The translations under genes and the position numbers were made by a program. From contig JAYUKO010000231.1 of the NCBI GenBank assembly GCA_043764415.1, forward strand, positions 1 through 41,445: a DNA stretch of 41,445 bases, read 5' to 3'. Positions 27,301-34,925 of this stretch are shown one piece after another. The notes beneath the pieces are model-generated. The model was not told where the DNA came from. It saw only the letters and a program-made list of their open reading frames with translations, and did no database searches. The stretch's first letter is position 1. Each line of letters begins with the position of its first letter. This DNA is from Bdellovibrionales bacterium (lineage in GTDB: Bacteria; Bdellovibrionota; Bdellovibrionia; Bdellovibrionales; JAGQZY01).

Positions 27301-28800
27301 GATGGGATCCATGCTCGCAATGGAAAAATTCCGTTATTCAGATTGGCCGCTTTGGCTCGTCAACTGTCGTTGCAAAATCCAGGACAAAAGCAATTTATTG
27401 CCCAGTTTGCTCAACCCCTTTTGGACGCAGATATCACACTGGGCGGTAATGCGTCTCCCCACCGCCTGACTCCTCAAGATGGCATCTTTACTCTTCACAG
27501 AGCCTACCAAGTCGATGCTTACATTAGCTCACAGGTCAGCAACATCGAGCTCTATATGATGAAGCAAGCATTGGCTGTTGAAGCCGTAAAAAACTGGGGT
27601 GTTCGCCTTCCAGATGCAGATGAGAAATTAAACTGGTTTTCTAAAATAGCCACCACTCTACAACCTCTTCCGCCGCTTCTTCTTCAAGATCTTATAGACC
27701 AAGCGCCCTTTGCCCAACGAATGATCGATCATATCGATGAATCTCACCGGCAAGCACTTCAAGCCCAACTCAAGCTCTCCGACTACAGGATGACCGGAGA
27801 TGATCTCATGGACTACCGCTCTTGGGATATACGAAACCACGGCGAAGACTATTTCGCAGAAAAATCCTACAATATGACGCTACCTAAAACTGTAAATGCT
27901 GTTTGGTGGCTGGAATATTATCGCCGTATTGTTTACAATCCCCAATTAGAAACTCTTAGCATCGCGCAAAGAGAGAAAACTTTGGATATCGTTTCAGTGC
28001 TTGCAGAGAGACTAAATTACACACATCAAGTTCCCGCGCCTTGGGCAATAACCATGAAAGACTGGTTACTGAAACCTTTGAGTCACGACGAACTTCCCAT
28101 GGACCTGAGCAGAATTAGTCTTGATGATGCCAATGGAATGGTTTTTGGTACGCGAATTTTTACCGCCCTGCCATTTTATTTTTTAGCCAAATATGGAGGA
28201 CATCTCGAAGATGTTAATGGCCTTGGCGATGTGAGATCGAAAGAAATCGTGCTTTGGTCCCAGCAATTTGGGCAGAGATATGAACAAGAACTTCAGCAAT
28301 TGAATTTAGAACGTCTATTTCATCCTTCCCCGGACGTCATGGAAATTCTGTATCAAATGCAGCTGAACCAAAGTATCGAGCCTGATAAGGCTTACCGATA
28401 CAGAGCTCTCTATGCGCATCTTGTGGAACCAATCACTGGAAGTGCCGATGACATCGCCTCCGCCAAGAAAATCGAAACTTTGATTGGCGGGGTATTAAAA
28501 ATTGATCACGTCTACTCAACGTTGAGTGTTAAAACCAAGGAGCGAGCCATCATTCTTGATCGAGCTGTTTTCGAATCTGTGATTTTAAGAAGAATCATCA
28601 TGCGAGTTTTCTTTCAACGGAGAGGGGAACCTTCAAAGAGAGATCAAAAAAACATGGGCCCCTGGGACGTGCTCGTGGACAGCCTTATCTCCTCGGAACT
28701 CAAGTCCGTGGTGGAACGCTCGCGGACGGGAATGACACTTCAAGTAACTCGGCCGGCCCCTTCTGCAGGAACAGGCTTGCGTTGCGTGGACTTGTTTTAA
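24400..28800 (+). CDS. SF2 (ResIII/DEAH-type) helicase-like ATPase with N-terminal signal peptide and long unknown C-terminus
   Basis: LPTGVGKT, DEAHH, SATP, GIIFVPS, VDLLREGVDLP and QAFGRGTR; N-terminus MRLIQFFLSLMLLSSSPVAFA-QS. Confidence 0.88.
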   Translation: MRLIQFFLSLMLLSSSPVAFAQSPESYVAQYVKEVLSPLLPRIEADPQQHPIRTKISQTEQGSIITLEVLIPEHKKKRSEWNIYSTYKIHFIEGESYIAGPPDVRVHRFQSNKGEYLGPAIEGNLVVMYNSQKELLNVEDLKGFTRSLFRADQTLHPLFKNPLLPAQKAKKLTPPQLETLTGKREGDYSRPGLVTMYQDHLKQGLTHPLHMLLMLPTGVGKTIVALKFLEMVKAIHQQQMPMMVFVVENKLILSDVAEKLQEIFPGVETARLFDTGTTSAIGSNTRFILATRSTFFKRSQEILTLLERYSGPKVIYRDEAHHAGKVGGQFAVVHDQMMSRLSANTAVIDMSATPWHETQPDLIANYDGRVATAFISVEEYKNLIEGVEADRIARIQLVRAITEGWLSPLQELTFITGMNDNFEGLSFRKKLLREQQALSEKLGAHQDAFIRADVDDIPEEILKTLRDEIRFVHTAIIEKVFNDLRAQFQRDRNDRVAEYDRGIIFVPSIVHAEIYKIFLNEMAKSENMEFRVVHSRQKQSNSVDVVAQNIDWFSSTQNSHRHRYLISVDLLREGVDLPSANRIVYVNTSSNIKVLLQAFGRGTRLSQLKTGIRLTDFGGSFIRFFQEIPGHLLNTLFPVFQFDPKSNEPFRKYTEKKGSGITLDDQKVSIDSLVSLQVDNPMLEIMERAQSDKDFINDSELQKLKNAERDTLSQSTKIATQFGWSVKVDPPTSTQINDWVQTILERADLHLDGRWSMNAEKSTGPKISSDLSEFIFTNWKMLSLPWQYFLQDVQIERLFYDGLKHPMQRTYEAMMNDHSVRLGPESGIHRVYEAFVQGKTELFPESWADKIKSLTDFEKKQIVAIVNILSLLNSSEGRRLVLAAPNAPSLLKMILQTDTMSRAPYTLPTNRQKMVPNFQRLGITNPWHYDYRWAESFEGTEDLLKLTRLSSDVAKLRMQSLSVGLPFDGIHARNGKIPLFRLAALARQLSLQNPGQKQFIAQFAQPLLDADITLGGNASPHRLTPQDGIFTLHRAYQVDAYISSQVSNIELYMMKQALAVEAVKNWGVRLPDADEKLNWFSKIATTLQPLPPLLLQDLIDQAPFAQRMIDHIDESHRQALQAQLKLSDYRMTGDDLMDYRSWDIRNHGEDYFAEKSYNMTLPKTVNAVWWLEYYRRIVYNPQLETLSIAQREKTLDIVSVLAERLNYTHQVPAPWAITMKDWLLKPLSHDELPMDLSRISLDDANGMVFGTRIFTALPFYFLAKYGGHLEDVNGLGDVRSKEIVLWSQQFGQRYEQELQQLNLERLFHPSPDVMEILYQMQLNQSIEPDKAYRYRALYAHLVEPITGSADDIASAKKIETLIGGVLKIDHVYSTLSVKTKERAIILDRAVFESVILRRIIMRVFFQRRGEPSKRDQKNMGPWDVLVDSLISSELKSVVERSRTGMTLQVTRPAPSAGTGLRCVDLF

Positions 28801-28985
28801 GGACTCAATTTCTTTTAAACTTCGGCAGACCCAACCGACCACTCGCTGTCCAGACTGGATAATTTGTCCGGTATAGTGAAATTTTGATACGAAATGCAGG
28901 GCATTTTTACTAAAAAGGTAAATAAGTATTAGCTAGATCGGCATCTAAGGTAACTTCTTCTAGTTCTTTATCAAGGAGCTTTAAG

Positions 28986-31892
28986 ATGCCTATCTTCGCA
29001 ATTCTCTTCGTTTTACTTTTGAATTTTTTTGCTTCAGCCGATCAAAATCCCTCATCGGTATTGAGCCCCTCCGCACAAAGCCCCTTTTCGACCAAAGAAG
29101 CTCAAGTCAATGTGATCATCAACGGCAATCGTGCGAGTCGCGAATCGCGAGAGATGTATTTAATTTTAAAAACTCTTCAGCAGTCTCAGACCGACTACTT
29201 AGAAAATCCAGAAAAATTTAAAGTTCTTGAGAGCTTTACGTCGGGCGAACCTCCTCGACAAATGACTCAAGATGAAGTGGCGTTGATGTATTTTAGTAAA
29301 CTCGTAGCAGACGAGCAGATTTCTTATACCATCCGACCTCCAGATTGGTTTGAAGCTGCAAAACATTTAGTCCCCAGCTTGGGGCTCGATATAAGCCCTC
29401 TAGATCCGATTTTCGATGGCCTAACCCTCCAAGGAAATCCTCCCCTCACCTGGGAGATTGAAGCCCAGGGAATGAATCCTGGTGCCTTGCTTGTCTCTCT
29501 GGATGGGCAGCCTGGGCAGCTTGGCACTTTAGCTCGGGATAGTTTTAAACAACTTTATGGATACGATTTGAACGAAAATTTACTGATGACCAAAGAGCTT
29601 AGAGATGCTGAATTCATCTATGAACAAAACCAAAACGACACGCTTCTCTTTAATGAAATGGGCAAGCTGAATAAGCAAGTCGAAGAATTTAATCGCCAGC
29701 AACTGAAATGGAATCAACAGCTGCAGGCTGCTAAAACACAGGAAGAAAAAGCTGCGCTTCAAAGAAAAGAAAAAATTGATCTCGAAATGCGTCGCAATGA
29801 AATTCGTGGCGGCCTGCAGATGACGTCGACCGTGCTTCAGCTCACCGGGAACCCTGAGGCGGCGCAAGCAGCCTCGAATATTTCACAGCTTGCAGAAATA
29901 ACCTTTTCCCTTCTTGATGGCACTACGGCCGCAGGTGTTCCGCTGGGACCTCTAGCCACGGCCAATCTGTATACTTCCGGAGCTGCAGTGCTAGTTTCCA
30001 TGCTTTCGAATTCAAAGGGAAAATCGGAGATGGAAGCTATCATGGCACAACTTCAAGCAATTTTTGATTTACTCAATGATACAAGAAAAGAAATGCACGA
30101 ACGCTTCGATCTTGTGGATATGAAGTTAGATTATCTAATTTACCGAATTGACTCTGGACTTCACGCTTTACAAGCCAGCAGCGAGAGAATTGAAGAGAAC
30201 TTGGCAAATATTCAGATCGCGATCGACGATCTGCACGCCAGTAATCAGCAATTTGTATTGGATCTTTACAGTCGACTTACATTCGATGATATAAGCATTT
30301 GTCTTCCACGTGATCAGGGATTTAGTCCTCCTATATCGTCACAAGATTTTTATAAGTGTTTTTTAAGCCTTGAAAACAATTTGTATAGTTACTCGGCTTA
30401 CGGTTACGATTCTTTGTCGAAGGGTGATCAAAGTATTGAAAACGTCACCTTAGATATTTTTAGTTTTCCGTATGTGTCCGCACTTCCGCGGTTGATCCAA
30501 AAATTACGCAATGAATATCAGGTGCCCATTCAAAATGAAGCCAGTGTTCTCAATCCATACGTTTGGAACCGCCATGTTCAATCATTAATGCTTATGTGGT
30601 CGGCGCACCCACAGTACTCCAAAGAGTATGGAACTGTGGAAATTCAAAAGGCCATTGATACCGCCGATGAAATTCAAACCCTTTACGGGTCCTTGGCATT
30701 AAATAGGGAAGACAGCGGTAGAAAAATTATCAATATACCGCTATTTGAGAAATTGAAGGAAAATTACCAAAACCTCGTTGCGACTACCCTGGAATGGATG
30801 GATGCAGCGGTTAGAAACAATAATGACTTACGCATCAATCCTTCGCTCGTACAAAATGTTAAAAATCAAGATCTACCACACATTTCGCAAGCAAATCAGA
30901 TGATTGCTGCTTGTTCGGGCCAAACCAGTTTTGGGGTGGCCCACCTAACGGCCAATGGATTTTTACCTTTTTCAAAAACCTCTAGCTATCAAATACCTCC
31001 CATCAATAGTACTTGGGAAAATTTTAATTTGTTGAAAAACTTAAAAGATGTTGCTCCATCAAATCTTTCCATGTGGCCTACTGCATTTTATGCATTGCCT
31101 AATGAGTTTCTAAATCATGAGAAACGATTTCCCGGTTCAGTAGCAATTTGCATACAAAAATTTATTTTTAACTCTTGGATTCAGGAGAATCAATCGAGCA
31201 CAGCTGATTTATCAATCGTTCTTGAGACAAGAATCAACGGCGCCACTGTAGCTACAGCTAACATCGATCAAAAACTATTTTTCGAAGGTATTGATGAGAT
31301 CGCACAAAAATTGAATATCATAAGACCCAAATCACATTTATCTATCGTTAGAACTGACCCCGAAGCGTGGGATTTTGGTAAATACATCGAGTTGTATAGT
31401 ATTTACTGGAATCAAAATACAGTTGAAAGCAAACTTCCAACAAACGGCATTATTACGAAAAATTTCTTAGATGTCGGTAAGTGGGAACTACGAGTCAATA
31501 GAGGTGTAATGCAGCAGCAGGCCCGGGAGCGCATTCAAAATGACCCAGATTACAAAGCTCGTAGAACGCAGATCAACGAAACTCGAAATATGATGCGAAT
31601 TCTACTGGAGATCGGCTTGAGTGACGCTGCTCCAAATAAGTTTGAAGCACAGTCTTTGCTTCGCGAAGCCTATGGTATCGTGCCTAAAGGGTTGCGATCA
31701 TTGGACGCCTTGGCTGATCAGTATTTAACGGGGCATTATACGGAAAAAGAGATTTTGACGCAAACGAGTCTCGCCGGATCGGCACTTATTGATTTACTGA
31801 AAATCATGAACACTTCTCATGTTCCACTGGAACCAAGAAATGCCGCCATCGATACTTCGATAGAATATCTGCAGACGCTCTTAGTTTTCTAA
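28986..31892 (+). CDS. Secreted coiled-coil protein with central hydrophobic segment (pore-forming-toxin-like), 968 aa
   Basis: AGGAG RBS; signal peptide ..LLNFFASA-DQ; coiled coils flank AAGVPLGPLATANLYTSGAAVLVSML. The function is inferred. Confidence 0.6.
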   Translation: MPIFAILFVLLLNFFASADQNPSSVLSPSAQSPFSTKEAQVNVIINGNRASRESREMYLILKTLQQSQTDYLENPEKFKVLESFTSGEPPRQMTQDEVALMYFSKLVADEQISYTIRPPDWFEAAKHLVPSLGLDISPLDPIFDGLTLQGNPPLTWEIEAQGMNPGALLVSLDGQPGQLGTLARDSFKQLYGYDLNENLLMTKELRDAEFIYEQNQNDTLLFNEMGKLNKQVEEFNRQQLKWNQQLQAAKTQEEKAALQRKEKIDLEMRRNEIRGGLQMTSTVLQLTGNPEAAQAASNISQLAEITFSLLDGTTAAGVPLGPLATANLYTSGAAVLVSMLSNSKGKSEMEAIMAQLQAIFDLLNDTRKEMHERFDLVDMKLDYLIYRIDSGLHALQASSERIEENLANIQIAIDDLHASNQQFVLDLYSRLTFDDISICLPRDQGFSPPISSQDFYKCFLSLENNLYSYSAYGYDSLSKGDQSIENVTLDIFSFPYVSALPRLIQKLRNEYQVPIQNEASVLNPYVWNRHVQSLMLMWSAHPQYSKEYGTVEIQKAIDTADEIQTLYGSLALNREDSGRKIINIPLFEKLKENYQNLVATTLEWMDAAVRNNNDLRINPSLVQNVKNQDLPHISQANQMIAACSGQTSFGVAHLTANGFLPFSKTSSYQIPPINSTWENFNLLKNLKDVAPSNLSMWPTAFYALPNEFLNHEKRFPGSVAICIQKFIFNSWIQENQSSTADLSIVLETRINGATVATANIDQKLFFEGIDEIAQKLNIIRPKSHLSIVRTDPEAWDFGKYIELYSIYWNQNTVESKLPTNGIITKNFLDVGKWELRVNRGVMQQQARERIQNDPDYKARRTQINETRNMMRILLEIGLSDAAPNKFEAQSLLREAYGIVPKGLRSLDALADQYLTGHYTEKEILTQTSLAGSALIDLLKIMNTSHVPLEPRNAAIDTSIEYLQTLLVF

Positions 31893-33605
31893 CTTTTTAA
31901 GACGAGCCATCATGGGCTCGATCTCTTCGAAGCCTGTCAGGGTGAGCTCCTTATCCACAACGCCGTTTTTGTCGATGAAGATAATTGTTGGCAGTCCGTA
32001 GACTTCGTACTTCTTTTGCAAATCCGCAAGCTCTGGAAAGTTTTCGCTGGCATCTACTTTTAACAAAATATAGTTCTTCGTGGCTTCGATAAATTCGGGT
32101 TTGGTGAAGGTTTTCTCGTCAAGTTCCAAACAGGCGGCGCACCAGTCGGCAAAAAAATCGATGATGACGGGCTTTCCCTGCTCTTTGGCTTTGCTTAAGG
32201 CGTCTTCGGAATAATAGGCCCAACCATTTTTAAGAGCTGCTTTTTGAGTTTGCTCTGTACTATGTGAGGACGTTGGAATTTTCATTACTAAAGGGCTAAT
32301 CACAATCAGCGCGCAAAAGATAAACGGCATGTAGTGCCAAAACTTGTGATCCACCTTGGGGTAAACCTTGGCGATAAAAATAAAAACAGCGGCGGCAATC
32401 ATCAAAGCTAAACAGATGATAAACCACGCTTCAGGTAACAATGGTTTTAGATAATAGAGCGCCACACCCAACATCGTTGTACCAAGAACAAATTTAACCA
32501 CGTCCATCCAAGGCCCCGAGCGCGGGAGTTTTTTAAACGAGGAGCTAAAAGTTCCAAGGAATAAAAATAAAACACCCATGCCCATGGCAAAGGTAAATAA
32601 CAACCAAAATCCAAGTACGATATTTTGCGTTTTTGCAATATAAGCCAGCACGCCCACTAGCACCGGCCCCACGCAGGGACTAGCTACGATTCCCGCGATG
32701 AGACCCGACGAAAAGGCACCCATGTAGCCGCGATTGTCTCCTGATTTTTCAAGCCGCTTGCTAATAAAATGCGGAATGCCAATTTCGAAATACCCGTAAA
32801 TGCTTAAGGCCATTAAAACAAAAAGAATCACAAAGGCCATGACAACGGGTTGATAGCTCAACGCCTGCCCAAACAGAGCCCCTGTTTTTGCCGCCACCAC
32901 ACCGAGCAACGAATAGGTGGCCGAGATCCCTAGCACATAGACCAAGCTTAAACTAAATGCCTGTGCCTTAGAGAGTTGCGAGGCGCGAGCGCCGATCACG
33001 GCAAGCGTAATTGGAATCAGCGGATACACGCAGGGCGTGAGGGACGTTAAAAAGCCAAAAACAAAAACGAGGACAAAGGCCCAAAATAAATTTTTGGAAA
33101 TCTGCTGTTCGATCATGGAGGAACTGGGCGCTAAATCTCGCGATTCGATATTGAGGGGAAGCTTTACTTCGAGTTTTGTGGGCGGTGAACAGTACTTGGT
33201 GGTGCATGCAATGTATTCCAGATCCATGGCAAAAGTTTTTAAAGGGACGTCGGCATCTTTAGGAATTTCGGCGAAAAAATCGAGACGAGCGGTTTTTTGT
33301 AATCCGCGATGTTGTTTTCGCGAAAAATCAACAAACTCCACCACCGGTGTCATTTGTAAACCACCCAAGGTCATTCCATCTGGTTCCAACGGAAAGAGTT
33401 TGAGTTTGTCTTCATAAACCGAAAAGCCCTGCGTAATATCCACATCAATGGAAACGCTGATTCGACTGCCCGGCTTCACTTCAAGGGGGGACACTCGCGC
33501 GGATTTTACCTGCACCGGTTGCTTGTCGTTTGCGGGCGAAATATCCAGGGCCTGCGCTGCGCTTCCAACAATAACTAACAGAAAAATTACAAGTGCTTTC
33601 ATCAT
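31881..33605 (-). CDS. dsbD: Thiol:disulfide interchange protein DsbD
   Basis: N-domain CTTKYC, TM motifs LTPCVYP and ASPCVGP, thioredoxin FADWCAAC; start 33602-33614. Confidence 0.95.
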   Translation of the reverse strand: MMKALVIFLLVIVGSAAQALDISPANDKQPVQVKSARVSPLEVKPGSRISVSIDVDITQGFSVYEDKLKLFPLEPDGMTLGGLQMTPVVEFVDFSRKQHRGLQKTARLDFFAEIPKDADVPLKTFAMDLEYIACTTKYCSPPTKLEVKLPLNIESRDLAPSSSMIEQQISKNLFWAFVLVFVFGFLTSLTPCVYPLIPITLAVIGARASQLSKAQAFSLSLVYVLGISATYSLLGVVAAKTGALFGQALSYQPVVMAFVILFVLMALSIYGYFEIGIPHFISKRLEKSGDNRGYMGAFSSGLIAGIVASPCVGPVLVGVLAYIAKTQNIVLGFWLLFTFAMGMGVLFLFLGTFSSSFKKLPRSGPWMDVVKFVLGTTMLGVALYYLKPLLPEAWFIICLALMIAAAVFIFIAKVYPKVDHKFWHYMPFIFCALIVISPLVMKIPTSSHSTEQTQKAALKNGWAYYSEDALSKAKEQGKPVIIDFFADWCAACLELDEKTFTKPEFIEATKNYILLKVDASENFPELADLQKKYEVYGLPTIIFIDKNGVVDKELTLTGFEEIEPMMARLKKLEN

Positions 33606-33628
33606 GCCCTCCATGATACAAGATCCCC

Positions 33629-34447
33629 ATGATCACGACCAGTTTAAATTCGACTTTTATCGGCTTTGACACAGAGACCACAGGCAAATACCCCATCGAA
33701 TCAGAGATCTGCGAAATCGCCGCTGCTAAATATCTTAACGGCGAAATCATTGATACATTTCAGTCACTCATCAAGCCCGTTCGACCAATGGGTGAGGAAG
33801 TGATTAAAATCCACGGAATCACCAACGAAATGGTGCAGGATGCTCCCGCTCTGAAGGATGTTCTCCCTGGGTTCCATAAGTTTATCCAAGATGGAACTCT
33901 GATTGCCCACCACGCGCCCTTTGATCTGGGTTTTATCTCTGTGGGCTTTGAAGCCTGCGGCCTGGAGCTGCCATCAAAGCCTGTGATCTGCAGCAGCCGT
34001 CTTTCGCGCAATGTGATTAAGGATTCCAAAAATCACAAGCTACAAACTCTCATCCCTCACTTGGGCATTACCCAGGGTGCAGCCCATCGCGCACTCGACG
34101 ACGCCATCGCCTGCTTGCAAGTGGCCTTGCACTGTATCGAACGCGCGCAGCTCACATCGCTCGAAGATGTGTTTCAAATGCAAGATGGCGAGCTTTATTG
34201 GAAAGACTACTCCATGGATGAGCTAAAATTTAAAACAAAGAGCTTAGGGATTTTGATCGAAGCCATGTATCAGCGCACCCGGGTGCGCATGACCTACAAA
34301 AACGGTGGCTCCCCCGGCCGCGAGCGCCTCATCGAGCCCATCGGCCTTGTGCGCTCTCCCGATGGTGACTTTTTTGTGGCCTACGACGACAGCCCCATCG
34401 CCAAGCGCTTTTACATCAGCAAGCTTGGCGATGTGACAAAAATTTAA
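33629..34447 (+). CDS. DEDDh 3'-5' exonuclease (DnaQ-like) with C-terminal WYL domain
   Basis: FDTETTG, AHHAPFD and HRALDD; C-terminal MTY..RERLIEPIGL..FFVAYD..KRFYISKL. Confidence 0.85.
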   Translation: MITTSLNSTFIGFDTETTGKYPIESEICEIAAAKYLNGEIIDTFQSLIKPVRPMGEEVIKIHGITNEMVQDAPALKDVLPGFHKFIQDGTLIAHHAPFDLGFISVGFEACGLELPSKPVICSSRLSRNVIKDSKNHKLQTLIPHLGITQGAAHRALDDAIACLQVALHCIERAQLTSLEDVFQMQDGELYWKDYSMDELKFKTKSLGILIEAMYQRTRVRMTYKNGGSPGRERLIEPIGLVRSPDGDFFVAYDDSPIAKRFYISKLGDVTKI

Positions 34448-34459
34448 AGCGATTTTAAA

Positions 34460-34879
34460 TTAAAGTATCCATTTTTCTGAAAAAGTTATCGAGATATAAT
34501 CGTCATCCGCACTGTCGAGTTTTCCGTCATTGTTTCCATCGACTCCAATTTTATACACACTTGGTATTTCTTCCGTCTCCATGCGATAAACTGACGTACG
34601 GATTGTGACTATCTGATTGACGGCTAATAGGGGATGCACCGTCTGTGTTGCCTCAATAATCTTTTCAACGACATCCGTTCTCGTGATGAGTGGCATTCCT
34701 ATTTTTTTAGTGGAATAGAAAGTAACTTTTAAATCTACCTGACTATTTTTATCGAGGACCACTTCATAGTCAGAACCATTCAAATTAATTCCGCCAATTC
34801 CTTCAAATGACTTAATTATGATCTCAGCCGAAGCAACTTGCGAAACTACCAATGCACAAACGAATAAAAACGATTTCAT
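34460..34879 (-). CDS. Small secreted hypothetical protein
   Basis: AGGAGG RBS, signal peptide ..SQVASA-EI, and DGNNDGKLD Ca-binding-like loop. Confidence 0.7.
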   Translation of the reverse strand: MKSFLFVCALVVSQVASAEIIIKSFEGIGGINLNGSDYEVVLDKNSQVDLKVTFYSTKKIGMPLITRTDVVEKIIEATQTVHPLLAVNQIVTIRTSVYRMETEEIPSVYKIGVDGNNDGKLDSADDDYISITFSEKWIL

Positions 34880-34925
34880 AAAACCTCCTGTGTTTTACGA
34901 AAGCCTATTTGCTGTGGTTTGGGAG

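Noticed and set aside
24400-28800. Type I/III restriction-modification system
   Set aside because: No methyltransferase or specificity gene in the window, no clear PD-(D/E)xK motif, and a signal peptide is present.
31951-31959. DnaA box TTATCCACA
   Set aside because: Single copy inside the dsbD coding sequence with no oriC context.
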